Part shown: in pieces, positions 49,119-58,193 of the stretch | How the letters are laid out: every line of letters begins with the position of its first letter | Position numbering within the stretch: the stretch's first letter is position 1 | Assembly: GCA_030679255.1 (NCBI GenBank) | Contig: JAUXTO010000025.1 | Location: forward strand, 8,719 to 72,718 | Length of the DNA: 64,000 bases | Reading direction: 5' to 3' | Origin: Candidatus Gottesmanbacteria bacterium | GTDB lineage: Bacteria; Patescibacteriota; Microgenomatia; UBA10105; UBA927 | Position numbers and translations under genes: made by a program | Notes under the pieces: generated by a model | Told to the model about the DNA's origin: nothing | Seen by the model: only the letters and a program-made list of their open reading frames with translations | The model's database searches: none

Positions 49119-50270
49119 TTATGAAAGGAATTGTGTGACAATTGCAAGTACTTCTTGTTTTTGTACTTCTGTAACCACCACTTCCACGATTCCCTCCTCG
49201 GGCCCGCCTGCAACGCTATGCGTACCCGTCTGCAGCGATGCAGCAGCTTCGGGCAGGGCATTGCGGGCAGGCTGACCATAATAAAGAATACTTCCCAATG
49301 GAGCGTATTGGATGACCGGTAGGACTAAGAGGTCTTCTTCGCCGTTCACGATGATGGCGTGATGCGTATCTCCTGGTCTTACTTTTCTGGCAAGCGCTGC
49401 TTGTATTGCCACCACGGCATCACGACTAATAAACCCCGGTCCACTATGCAAAAATTTAGCCTTAAAAGGTGAGACCTTTTGAGGCTGAAGTCTGTTTACT
49501 ATTTCCGGGAATGGTTTCCGGCCTACTTGGCCATCAATGACGGCCAAGCACGGCATGACGCCGAGATCCAACACGGTCTTCGTCGATAAATCCCCGACCG
49601 TTATGACGAAATCGTGTTCGTGTGACCGTATCGAGACGTCTATCGCTTTTCCACGGAGAATCTTCCCCATCGGCTTGCCGAGCGCGGCGCGCAGCCTCTC
49701 CGGCATGATGAGTCTCCCGTCCCCGTCAATCTCTCCCTTTCGCAGCCGTGTCGAAGAAATCGGCTTTCCATCCTCGGCCGGTACGATCGGCACTTCGATG
49801 AGCGCGAGCGGTGACAGGGCCAGGCCCTGTCTGAGACCATTGATACGCTCTCCGGTCGAACGGTTCTCATATGTGACAATGAGCGCAGTGAGATCCCTCA
49901 TGCTCGCCGCAGGTTCGTGAGGATCAGAGATCGGGATAATGGTCGTCCGATTGAAATATCGTCGCTTGTGCAACCATGCTATGAGATAGCATTTCCTTTC
50001 TTTATATGTGCTTATTTTTTTTTGAATTTGCACATTGGGATTTGTTTGGTCATTGGGATTTGGAAATTGGGATTTATACTTTACAACAAACTCGTCTGTT
50101 GTCAGCCCGATAGTCACCCGCTCGCCTACCCGAAATGCCTCAGATAGAATTGATCGGTGCCCCGCGTGGAGCCCGTCAAACGTCCCGGCGACGAAAATGT
50201 GGTGATATAAATAATCTTTTAGAAGTTTATTATTAAGGATAGTCACAGAGGAATAATACAATATGATCAC
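49119..50270 (-). CDS. Archaeal/eukaryotic-type phosphopantetheine adenylyltransferase fused to DUF359 (dephospho-CoA kinase)
   Basis: GTFDGLHAGH, ISSTRLR; ITVGD, GEEDLLVLP, YGQP; start uncertain. Confidence 0.8.
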   Translation of the reverse strand: MIILYYSSVTILNNKLLKDYLYHHIFVAGTFDGLHAGHRSILSEAFRVGERVTIGLTTDEFVVKYKSQFPNPNDQTNPNVQIQKKISTYKERKCYLIAWLHKRRYFNRTTIIPISDPHEPAASMRDLTALIVTYENRSTGERINGLRQGLALSPLALIEVPIVPAEDGKPISSTRLRKGEIDGDGRLIMPERLRAALGKPMGKILRGKAIDVSIRSHEHDFVITVGDLSTKTVLDLGVMPCLAVIDGQVGRKPFPEIVNRLQPQKVSPFKAKFLHSGPGFISRDAVVAIQAALARKVRPGDTHHAIIVNGEEDLLVLPVIQYAPLGSILYYGQPARNALPEAAASLQTGTHSVAGGPEEGIVEVVVTEVQKQEVLAIVTQFLS

Positions 50271-50307
50271 GGGAACAACAATTCTGCATTAAATTATCTG
50301 TCGCTGT

Positions 50308-50610
50308 TTATTTTTGACTGAATTCAAATAAAGATACTTGCGCAGCCCTTTGAGGAAATGCTTTTGGGTTTTTTAAGTAATCAAGATAATGATCTGGATA
50401 ATTATGCAATGCATAAAGAACCATGTGAACTCCATGAAGACGCTCTAAATCCTCTAGTTGAAGTTGGGTAATTTCAATTCCAAATTCTTTACAAAAATGT
50501 CCAGCATCTGTGGCAACGGCTTTATCTATTTCTTCCTGAATAACATGTACATCTCGAGGGCGTGGAATTCCCTGTTCTACACGTTCATTCAAATCTACTG
50601 CTTGTGGCAT
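50308..50610 (-). CDS. Hypothetical protein (ORFan)
   Basis: GGGAG upstream of ATG; 100 aa. Confidence 0.5.
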   Translation of the reverse strand: MPQAVDLNERVEQGIPRPRDVHVIQEEIDKAVATDAGHFCKEFGIEITQLQLEDLERLHGVHMVLYALHNYPDHYLDYLKNPKAFPQRAAQVSLFEFSQK

Positions 50611-50676
50611 AGCACTCCCCTTTCATCGACAAAGTCCACCAAAAAAGAGTCTATTTTTATGTGTTATACTCTCTCT

Positions 50677-51396
50677 ATGACACAAAGTCTACAGGAGATT
50701 GCTGCTCACCTTGATCTTGCCAACCACCACGCCGGCGCCACAGCGGAGGATGTGAAGGAAGTCTGTGCAAACGTCATCAAATACGGCTTCAACGGCGCAT
50801 TCGTGAATCCCTGTTATATCAGCCTTGCGAAAGCAGAACTTGGTGACCGCGCCAAAGTCGGAACGGCATTTTCTTTTCCACTCGGACAGGATACATTGGA
50901 TATGAAATTATTTGCCACTCGCGAGGCGATCAAACTTGGAGCCGATGAACTGGATATTGTACCCAATAATGGGCTACTCCTCACCGAAAGTGGCTTTGGA
51001 CAGTACCGTGATGAACTCCGTGTGATTGTCGAGGCGGCCCATGAGGCCAGGGCGGATATCGTCGTAAAATTTATTATCGAAACAGGACTCTTCCTTGAGG
51101 GTGACGTGTCCGCATCAATAGATGAAAAGGATCGGGGAGAATTTCTCATTAAACGGTCTGCTGAAGCAATACTTGCCAGTGGCGCAAACTTCGTAAAAAT
51201 CTGCTCGGGGATGGGCAAACGCGGCGCGAGCCTCAATGACGTACGTCTCGTGAAGGAGGCTATCGGGACGGCCCCCATTAAAATCAAAGTCGCCGGCGGG
51301 ATTGATACCATTACAGAAGTTCGCGGATTCCTAGATGCCGGTGCCCAGAGAATCGGGACTTCAAAAGCCGTGGAGATCGTGGAGCAAATAGTCTAA
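50677..51396 (+). CDS. deoC: Deoxyribose-phosphate aldolase
   Basis: FPLG, GADELD, KFIIET, FVK, KVAGGI, RIGTS. Confidence 0.85.
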   Translation: MTQSLQEIAAHLDLANHHAGATAEDVKEVCANVIKYGFNGAFVNPCYISLAKAELGDRAKVGTAFSFPLGQDTLDMKLFATREAIKLGADELDIVPNNGLLLTESGFGQYRDELRVIVEAAHEARADIVVKFIIETGLFLEGDVSASIDEKDRGEFLIKRSAEAILASGANFVKICSGMGKRGASLNDVRLVKEAIGTAPIKIKVAGGIDTITEVRGFLDAGAQRIGTSKAVEIVEQIV

Positions 51397-51397
51397 G

Positions 51398-52039
51398 TTA
51401 TTTCCCCTGCAATGCCTCTATCGTTGCGTCTATACTTCCCGGATCTTTAAGAAGCATATCTGCAGAAATGACGATCCTTGAGACCCCGACGTCGACGAGG
51501 AGCGAAGCATTACGTTCATCGATATTTCCCTCCGCTACGATGGGCAAATCCGGATAATGATGCCGGATGGACTTCATCTTTTCCATGGATTCGGGCAGAA
51601 ATGGCGCATCGGCGACCCCAGCCTCGACCGTCATGACAACGACCAGATCGACGGTCTCCAAAAATGGCTCAATCGCGTCAATTTCGCTCGCTCCATCCAG
51701 AGCCAATCCCACCTCGACGCTTTCTATCTGGGCATCTTCCATGAATTGCCGGGGATCGGCCGCTTCGACCTGGGCGATGATGCGCTTAAATCCTGCGTCA
51801 ACTAAGGGTTTGAGGTACTTGACGGGATTATCGACCATCAAGTGGGCTTCAAATGATATGGTAGGGTGGGACACAATGACCGCTTTTAACTTCTCGATAT
51901 CCATGATGGTGGCATCCGGCACCATCGTACCGTCAGAGAGATCAATTTGGATCCAGGGAGCGTGAGGTGCTAATTGATTTGCCTGACTGGCAAGGACGCC
52001 TTCATCATTGGTAAATATCGCGGGAGTGACAACAATCAT
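51398..52039 (-). CDS. rpe: Ribulose-phosphate 3-epimerase-like protein (divergent)
   Basis: QIDLSDG, EAHLMV..P, VMTVEAG. Confidence 0.75.
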   Translation of the reverse strand: MIVVTPAIFTNDEGVLASQANQLAPHAPWIQIDLSDGTMVPDATIMDIEKLKAVIVSHPTISFEAHLMVDNPVKYLKPLVDAGFKRIIAQVEAADPRQFMEDAQIESVEVGLALDGASEIDAIEPFLETVDLVVVMTVEAGVADAPFLPESMEKMKSIRHHYPDLPIVAEGNIDERNASLLVDVGVSRIVISADMLLKDPGSIDATIEALQGK

Positions 52040-52092
52040 GTTCTCTACGATACGGGTTTTCTGCTCGCCAGGTCAAGAGGGAAAATCCAGAC

Positions 52093-52437
52093 TTAGCGGA
52101 ACGTTTGGAGAGATTCGGAGAGTTTGGCGTATTTATCATCGATCCCACGAAATGTTTCATCGTCCATACTTCCCCGCCCCCAGGCAACCGCCAGGTGGGT
52201 ACGAGTTTTAGCCACTTGCCCCACCGCTTGCATCATGAGATCACGGCCTACGCGCCGGTCTGCCCGCGTCAGGCTGTCGGCAATCGTCGCCGCGACATTT
52301 TGTGCGGATGAAAGCAATCCTTCAATCACGTCGTTATCATGAGATTGGCCCTCTTCGGAACTATCAAGCATCTCATGTATATCCATGAGTGCCACGTAGG
52401 ATTCCTGCCAAAGTTTATGTTCGTGAAAGTTGATCAT
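52093..52437 (-). CDS. Four-helix-bundle protein (23S rRNA IVP/bAvd-like)
   Basis: F....LWQ.S, SAQNVAATIAD, all-helical 114 aa. Confidence 0.7.
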   Translation of the reverse strand: MINFHEHKLWQESYVALMDIHEMLDSSEEGQSHDNDVIEGLLSSAQNVAATIADSLTRADRRVGRDLMMQAVGQVAKTRTHLAVAWGRGSMDDETFRGIDDKYAKLSESLQTFR

Positions 52438-52462
52438 AAAACGATTATAATCGTTCTCACGC

Positions 52463-53635
52463 ATGAAATCCATCCCCTTTTGGAATCCCCTGCCCGAGTA
52501 CGAGAAAATTGCGACCGAAGTGCATACGGCAATCGCCCGCGTCCTCTCCTCGGGCACGCTCATCCTGGGGCCGGAAGTCGCAGCGTTTGAAACATCCTTT
52601 GCGCAATACATTGGCTGCCGGTATGGTATTGGGGTGGGTAATGGGACGGATGCCATCATTCTCGCCCTCAAAGCGCTCGGAGTGGGTCAGGATGACGAAG
52701 TGATTACCGCCGCCAATACAGCTATCCCCACCGTCGCGGCAATCATGGCGGTTGGTGCAGTACCCAAGCTCGTTGACGTACTCCCTGATTCCCTGCTTAT
52801 GGATCCCGCCAAACTTCAAGGCGCCATTACAAAGCGTACCCGCGCAATAATCCCCGTCCATCTCTACGGACAATCGTGCGATATGGACACGATTATGAAG
52901 ATCGCAACATCCAAAAAGGTATTCGTCATCGAAGACTGCGCGCAGGCGACGGGGGCCGAGTATAAGTCAAAAGTCTCCGCCAAAGGCGGACCAGCCTATG
53001 GCCGGAAAAGTCGAAAGTCAAAAGTTGGTTCGATGGGGAGTATCGCAACATTTTCGTTTTATCCGACCAAAATCATCGGCTGCTACGGCGATGGGGGGAT
53101 GATTACGACCAATAATCCCGCTCTTGCCAAGCGGGTACGAAGTTTACGCATGTATGGCACCGAGGGAACGTACAACGCTATAATCGAAGGAGGAATTAAT
53201 TCACGACTCGATGAACTCCAGGCTGCCATCCTATCTGTCAAATTGAAAAACATCAAACGCTGGATCAAGGAGCGGCAACGTCTCGCCCATCGCTACAATC
53301 AGGGTCTCAAGAGTACACCACTTATTCTTCCGTCTCAGCCTCAAAAGGTCTCACCTTTTGAGGCTAATTCCCATGTTTTTCACCTCTATATCATCCGACA
53401 CACGAAACGCATAGAAATTCAAAAATATTTAAGAATGCACGGTATCGGCACGGCTATCCACTACCCGGTCCCCATCCACCTTATGCCCGCGTACAGCAAA
53501 TTAGGATACGAAAAAGGAGATTTTCCCGTCGCCGAAGGGGCGTGTCATTCTGTGCTTTCGCTTCCGCTCTATCCGGGGCTGACTGACGACGATCAGGATC
53601 GTATCATCAATGCGCTTCGCGCGTACTTCAAATAA
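52463..53635 (+). CDS. DegT/DnrJ sugar aminotransferase
   Basis: NGTDA, PVHLYG, EDCAQ, FSFYPTK, NSRLDELQAA. Confidence 0.95.
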   Translation: MKSIPFWNPLPEYEKIATEVHTAIARVLSSGTLILGPEVAAFETSFAQYIGCRYGIGVGNGTDAIILALKALGVGQDDEVITAANTAIPTVAAIMAVGAVPKLVDVLPDSLLMDPAKLQGAITKRTRAIIPVHLYGQSCDMDTIMKIATSKKVFVIEDCAQATGAEYKSKVSAKGGPAYGRKSRKSKVGSMGSIATFSFYPTKIIGCYGDGGMITTNNPALAKRVRSLRMYGTEGTYNAIIEGGINSRLDELQAAILSVKLKNIKRWIKERQRLAHRYNQGLKSTPLILPSQPQKVSPFEANSHVFHLYIIRHTKRIEIQKYLRMHGIGTAIHYPVPIHLMPAYSKLGYEKGDFPVAEGACHSVLSLPLYPGLTDDDQDRIINALRAYFK

Positions 53636-55072
53636 TCATGACGATCCTTTGACAAGATCTTGATATAACGCCAAATACTCTTTCGCACTCCTCTTCCACG
53701 AAAAATCCTGCCGCATCGCCGTCTTGACCATGCTATGCCAGGTCGTCTTGTCATTCCATGCCGCCATTGCCCGTTCCATCCCCACAATGAGCGCCGATGC
53801 CGTGTATTCTGTAAAGACAAATCCCGTGACACCATCATGGACGGAATCAGCAAGCCCTCCTGTTTTGCGGACAAGAGGAATAGTCCCGTAGCGCATCGCA
53901 ATCATCTGCGTCAACCCGCATGGTTCAAATTTGCTGGGAATAAGCATGATGTCTGCCCCGGCGTAAATGCGTTTGGCAAGCCGCTCATCAAAGGTATGAG
54001 TAAATGAAATAGTATGGTGTTTGCGAGCGAGTTGGATAAATTCCTGGATCAATGATTTTTGTCCCGTACCCAGGAGTGCGAGCTGGTACTGGCCATCTGG
54101 GATAGCAGCAATGGCTTTGGCCACTAAATCCAACCCCTTCTGACGGCCTTCAAACCGTCCGACGAACCCAAACAAAGGCACATCCAATTCGGGCAGGTGT
54201 AATGAATGCTGTAATGATTTTTTGATTTCAGCTTTGGCAGCGATCACCGTGGTTGCGCTATACGTCCGGGGCAGTTCTTTGTCCGTCCGCGGATCCCACG
54301 CATCACTGTCTATGCCGTTGAGGATGCCACGAATACGGTCTCCCCTCCGGGTAAACACATCCACCGTACTTTTTCCGTGCTTCCCTGCCATAATTTCTTT
54401 AGCGTAGGTCGGAGACACGGTCGTCACGCGGTCGACATACTCCATCCCTTCTTCCATAAGCCGAATTGCGGGGCCCAAAGGTGTCTGAAATATATGCAAC
54501 ATGGACTGCGGAATTCCAAGCTTTAACGCGATTGAGACCCCGCTTTCTCCGGTATAGAGAAGATTATGAATCGTCAGGATCGTTTTGGCCTGCTTCGATT
54601 GGATCGTCTCCTCATGCCGGTGGTGTCCGACTTTCGTGTGTTCGCCGACCAAGAGCGGAATGAGCGCCGTATGCCAATCCTGACAATGAACGATATCGTA
54701 GGGCCCGCCCATCGTATCCTGGGAATACAAATAGAGTTGCGTGACGGCTTTGGAAAAAAAGGCAAACCGCTCGACGATCTTCTCGCCGTCATATTGGTTG
54801 AGGATCGGATGCCGGAAAAGATACACCGGTACTTTTGTCCCCGGAAGGGTGGTGCGAAAAATAAACACGAGTTCGCGCCGGCGGTCATAATCAAGGGCGA
54901 GTTGGCCCACACAAATGACATTCTTTGTAGACATGGACTCATAAAACGGCATCGCGATGGCAATCGCGACCCCAAGCCGCGCAAGGGCCGCAGGGAGCGA
55001 ATAGCTCACGTCAGCCAGTCCCCCGCGTTTATAAAGTTTTGTGACTTCACTCGTGACAAAAAGAACTTTCAT
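53636..55072 (-). CDS. glgA: Glycogen synthase (GT5)
   Basis: KRGGLADV, HCQDWH, TIHN, PSKFEPCGLTQM. Confidence 0.92.
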   Translation of the reverse strand: MKVLFVTSEVTKLYKRGGLADVSYSLPAALARLGVAIAIAMPFYESMSTKNVICVGQLALDYDRRRELVFIFRTTLPGTKVPVYLFRHPILNQYDGEKIVERFAFFSKAVTQLYLYSQDTMGGPYDIVHCQDWHTALIPLLVGEHTKVGHHRHEETIQSKQAKTILTIHNLLYTGESGVSIALKLGIPQSMLHIFQTPLGPAIRLMEEGMEYVDRVTTVSPTYAKEIMAGKHGKSTVDVFTRRGDRIRGILNGIDSDAWDPRTDKELPRTYSATTVIAAKAEIKKSLQHSLHLPELDVPLFGFVGRFEGRQKGLDLVAKAIAAIPDGQYQLALLGTGQKSLIQEFIQLARKHHTISFTHTFDERLAKRIYAGADIMLIPSKFEPCGLTQMIAMRYGTIPLVRKTGGLADSVHDGVTGFVFTEYTASALIVGMERAMAAWNDKTTWHSMVKTAMRQDFSWKRSAKEYLALYQDLVKGSS

Positions 55073-55077
55073 AAATC

Positions 55078-55108
55078 TAGCCTTAAAAGGTCTCACCTTT
55101 TGAGGCTA
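55078..55108. repeat. REP downstream of RAYT
   Basis: TAGCCTTAAAAGGTCTCACCTTTTGAGGCTA. Confidence 0.9.
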
Positions 55109-55843
55109 ATCTTCATCAATTTCTGCTTTTGCAATATACCGAATACTTTCAACTTCAAAATCATAATCCTGTATCTCGACAAACTCTTTATATGACTGTA
55201 ATCCCGTTTTCGCTTTAGAGAAATAAGAAAGAATTGTCTTTGGCTTCACCCACTCTTGATGAATCTCTCCCAGGTAATTGGGATACGATGACGGTTGTAA
55301 CCGCAATATTTGAGATCGCTTTTTTGGATCTAGCCTTAAAAGGTGAGACCTTTTGAGGCTAAACGGATTACGGTGGATATATCGGGATACATGAAGAAGC
55401 TGCGCGTCATTAGTAATCAAGACTGCCTTATACGTTCCTTGAAAGACAGACCCTACTCGCTTGTGCCGGCTGTTTTCATACATCGTAAACCGAGTCATCA
55501 CAGATTGTACAAATTCACTCATGTCTGACTCCCCTTTTTGCTGGAGAAGAAAATGGAAATGATTGGGCATCAGGCAATAGGCCAAAAGATCAATCTTACC
55601 AGTAAAATTCTTTAGTCGAAGCTCTCGTGCTGCTACCCCACGTTCTTTATAGGAAAGGGATTCCTCTGACGCCATCTCCCGAAGTTTTTTTTCATCTTTT
55701 GGACGTAATGCGGTTGCAATATAAGAAAGGAATACTCGATAATCCTGATCATCAATGAATATATCCGCTTTATTCACTCCTCGATTATAGACATGATACA
55801 CCCCATCAGAGACGTACGATTTGATGATATTTTTGGCAGGCAT
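55106..55843 (-). mobile_element. REP-associated tyrosine transposase (RAYT, IS200/Y1 HUH family)
   Basis: YHVYNRG, YCLMPNHFH (HUH), VFQGTYK, YIHRNP, SSY; REP on both sides. Confidence 0.92.
55331..55361. repeat. REP inside RAYT, in frame
   Basis: TAGCCTTAAAAGGTGAGACCTTTTGAGGCTA. Confidence 0.9.
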
Positions 55844-55878
55844 GCCATCAGTATGCGCGAAGTGATAAAAAAATACAA

Positions 55879-55909
55879 TAGCCTTAAAAGGTGAGACCTT
55901 TTGAGGCTA
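55879..55909. repeat. REP upstream of RAYT
   Basis: TAGCCTTAAAAGGTGAGACCTTTTGAGGCTA. Confidence 0.9.
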
Positions 55910-57031
55910 AGTCTTCAAAACCTTCTGATAGACTTTTTCGTAACCCTCGACCATTTTCTCTACGGTAAAGTTTTCCTCGACATGCCTCCGGCAAGCGGCG
56001 CGGTCGATTTCTCCGATGCGTTTGACGGCTTCGACCAGCCCCTCTACCCCACGTTTTTTGATGACCCACTTCCCGTCTTTATTGGTAGTATTGGTAGTAT
56101 TTGTCTGATTTGTAGTATTGGTAGTATTATCATTTGGTTCTACGATAAACCCCGTCACTCCGTCCTTGACGATTTCAGAAACTGACCCCCGGTTGTAGGC
56201 GATGACCGGCGTCCCGCACGCCATGGCCTCAATCATCACGAGCCCAAACGGCTCTTCCCAGTGGATGGGGAATAGGAACGCTTTCGCATTACCTAAAAAA
56301 TCATACTTCAACGGACCAATCATTCGATCTAATAGACGAATCATCGCGCCATCAACTTCAGCGTTTATGCGTTTCAGATATGCTTCCTGGCCCTTTTCCT
56401 CAAAACCAACAAGCGTCAGCACGTCTCCAGTTTTTTTTGCCGTCATGATTGCATCAATTGCCCCTTTATTTTCCGAAAAACGTCCCATCCAGGCTACATA
56501 CGATGGTTTCTGTGGATGGAAAACAAATGGAACGTTTAAAGCGTCAATACCGTTGTAAACTACGCTCGAGAAATGGATGTAGGGCAACGCTCGTTTGGCG
56601 CCTTCGGATAATGCTATAAAAAATTCATGAGGAAATCGTTCGAATACTTTCTGTTCCCGCATCGCAAAATTAGCGCCGTGTGTGGTTGAAACGACGGGTG
56701 GACGAACCGCATGGATATAGGGTAATAATACGTGCTCTATATGACTATGTACGATATCAAACTGACCGAGCTCCGGAACTATTTTTTCTGCATACGCATG
56801 CTGAAGCGCAACACTTTCACGATCAAATAGTGATCGACCGGATTCTTTGAGCGATGGGCCACTAAAGCGCAGCAATACACGCGGAAACACTGACTTATCC
56901 GGAGCAAACACCGTAACCGTGTGGCCTCTCGCCTTGAGCCCCAAGGTGACATCCCGCACCACGGCTTTTATACCGATTGCCTTCTCAGAATCAAACGCAG
57001 ACCAATTGGGTAAAATTTGCGCAACGTTCAT
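55907..57031 (-). CDS. GT4 glycosyltransferase
   Basis: WEEPFGLVMIEAMACGTPV. Confidence 0.92.
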   Translation of the reverse strand: MNVAQILPNWSAFDSEKAIGIKAVVRDVTLGLKARGHTVTVFAPDKSVFPRVLLRFSGPSLKESGRSLFDRESVALQHAYAEKIVPELGQFDIVHSHIEHVLLPYIHAVRPPVVSTTHGANFAMREQKVFERFPHEFFIALSEGAKRALPYIHFSSVVYNGIDALNVPFVFHPQKPSYVAWMGRFSENKGAIDAIMTAKKTGDVLTLVGFEEKGQEAYLKRINAEVDGAMIRLLDRMIGPLKYDFLGNAKAFLFPIHWEEPFGLVMIEAMACGTPVIAYNRGSVSEIVKDGVTGFIVEPNDNTTNTTNQTNTTNTTNKDGKWVIKKRGVEGLVEAVKRIGEIDRAACRRHVEENFTVEKMVEGYEKVYQKVLKT

Positions 57032-58188
57032 GCTGTAAGTAACTTCTCATATACTGCTTCGTGATCCGTTACCATGCGCGAAATAGTAAAATGTTCTTCA
57101 ACGTGGCGGCGGCATGCCATACGGTCAATCTCTCCGATGCGCTTCACGGCTTCAACCAGTCCTTCAACCCCTGTTTTTTTTATCACCCAACTCCCCTTAT
57201 TCCTCCAAGCTCCCGTTTCATCCGGATCGATGATAAAACCCGTAACACCATCGTTTACTATCTCCGCTGCACTTCCCCTGTTATACGCGATGACCGGTGT
57301 CCCACACGCCATCGCTTCAATCATGACCATTCCAAATGGCTCTTCCCATCGTAGGGGCATGATAAATGCCTTGCCTTTTTTTATAAAATCTGATTTCTCT
57401 TTCCCGGCCAGATATCCTGACAGACATACGGATGTTCCGTCGATATGAGGCGCTATTTTCGTATCATAAAACTCCTGCGACTGATTACCGCGTATTGAAC
57501 TCGTTGCGACATGGAGTGGCAATCCTGCGGCGTGAGCCACCTCTATAGCAATATCCGCGCCCTTATCTTCCATGACCCTGCCGAAGTAGATGAGATGATT
57601 ATCGGGGGTAAGGTCGACGTCATATTCATCCAAAGCCAAACCATGATAAATTGTTGCTATAAAATTCATTGGGATTATACTGTGTCGCTGCGAATCGCTG
57701 ATTGATAGATAGTTGTGATGCAAAAACCGGTGATAACGAAAATACTCAAGGGTCGTTGGCAACTGAGGGAGCGGATCGTGGATGGTGTAAACGGTCGGAA
57801 ATGACGTCAATTCATTAAGGTAATGCGCACCAAAATCATGGTACGAGTGAATGATATCAAGCTTCCCATCTCGCGCATCGTTGTATGCTTTCAAAGTTAA
57901 GTCATACTCAAAGTCCCTTTTAAGAATTTCAAAAGCTGCAAACTTTTGCTCCGCTGCTTCACGGTACCGGAATTGATAATAATACGGGTCATGCGCGACG
58001 AGCTCACTGTCTCCACTGACAAGTTGAGCTTTTGTGACAACTTCAGAAGCAGAATAAAAACGTACCGTATGACCTCTGTCTACTAAAGAATCAGCTAATT
58101 GAATCGCAAGAGGAAGTGGGGCAAATATTCTCCCCTCTCCGTATCTTTTTGTGGCATAAATGGAAGGGAGGAGCATGCCGATTTTCAT
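57028..58188 (-). CDS. GT4 glycosyltransferase
   Basis: WEEPFGMVMIEAMACGTPV. Confidence 0.92.
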   Translation of the reverse strand: MKIGMLLPSIYATKRYGEGRIFAPLPLAIQLADSLVDRGHTVRFYSASEVVTKAQLVSGDSELVAHDPYYYQFRYREAAEQKFAAFEILKRDFEYDLTLKAYNDARDGKLDIIHSYHDFGAHYLNELTSFPTVYTIHDPLPQLPTTLEYFRYHRFLHHNYLSISDSQRHSIIPMNFIATIYHGLALDEYDVDLTPDNHLIYFGRVMEDKGADIAIEVAHAAGLPLHVATSSIRGNQSQEFYDTKIAPHIDGTSVCLSGYLAGKEKSDFIKKGKAFIMPLRWEEPFGMVMIEAMACGTPVIAYNRGSAAEIVNDGVTGFIIDPDETGAWRNKGSWVIKKTGVEGLVEAVKRIGEIDRMACRRHVEEHFTISRMVTDHEAVYEKLLTA

Positions 58189-58193
58189 AATGC

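Noticed and set aside
52093-52437. Diversity-generating retroelement (Avd-like gene)
   Set aside because: No reverse transcriptase or TR/VR pair in the window.
55960-57340. DNA repeat between the two adjacent GT4 genes
   Set aside because: Explained by paralogous C-terminal domains.
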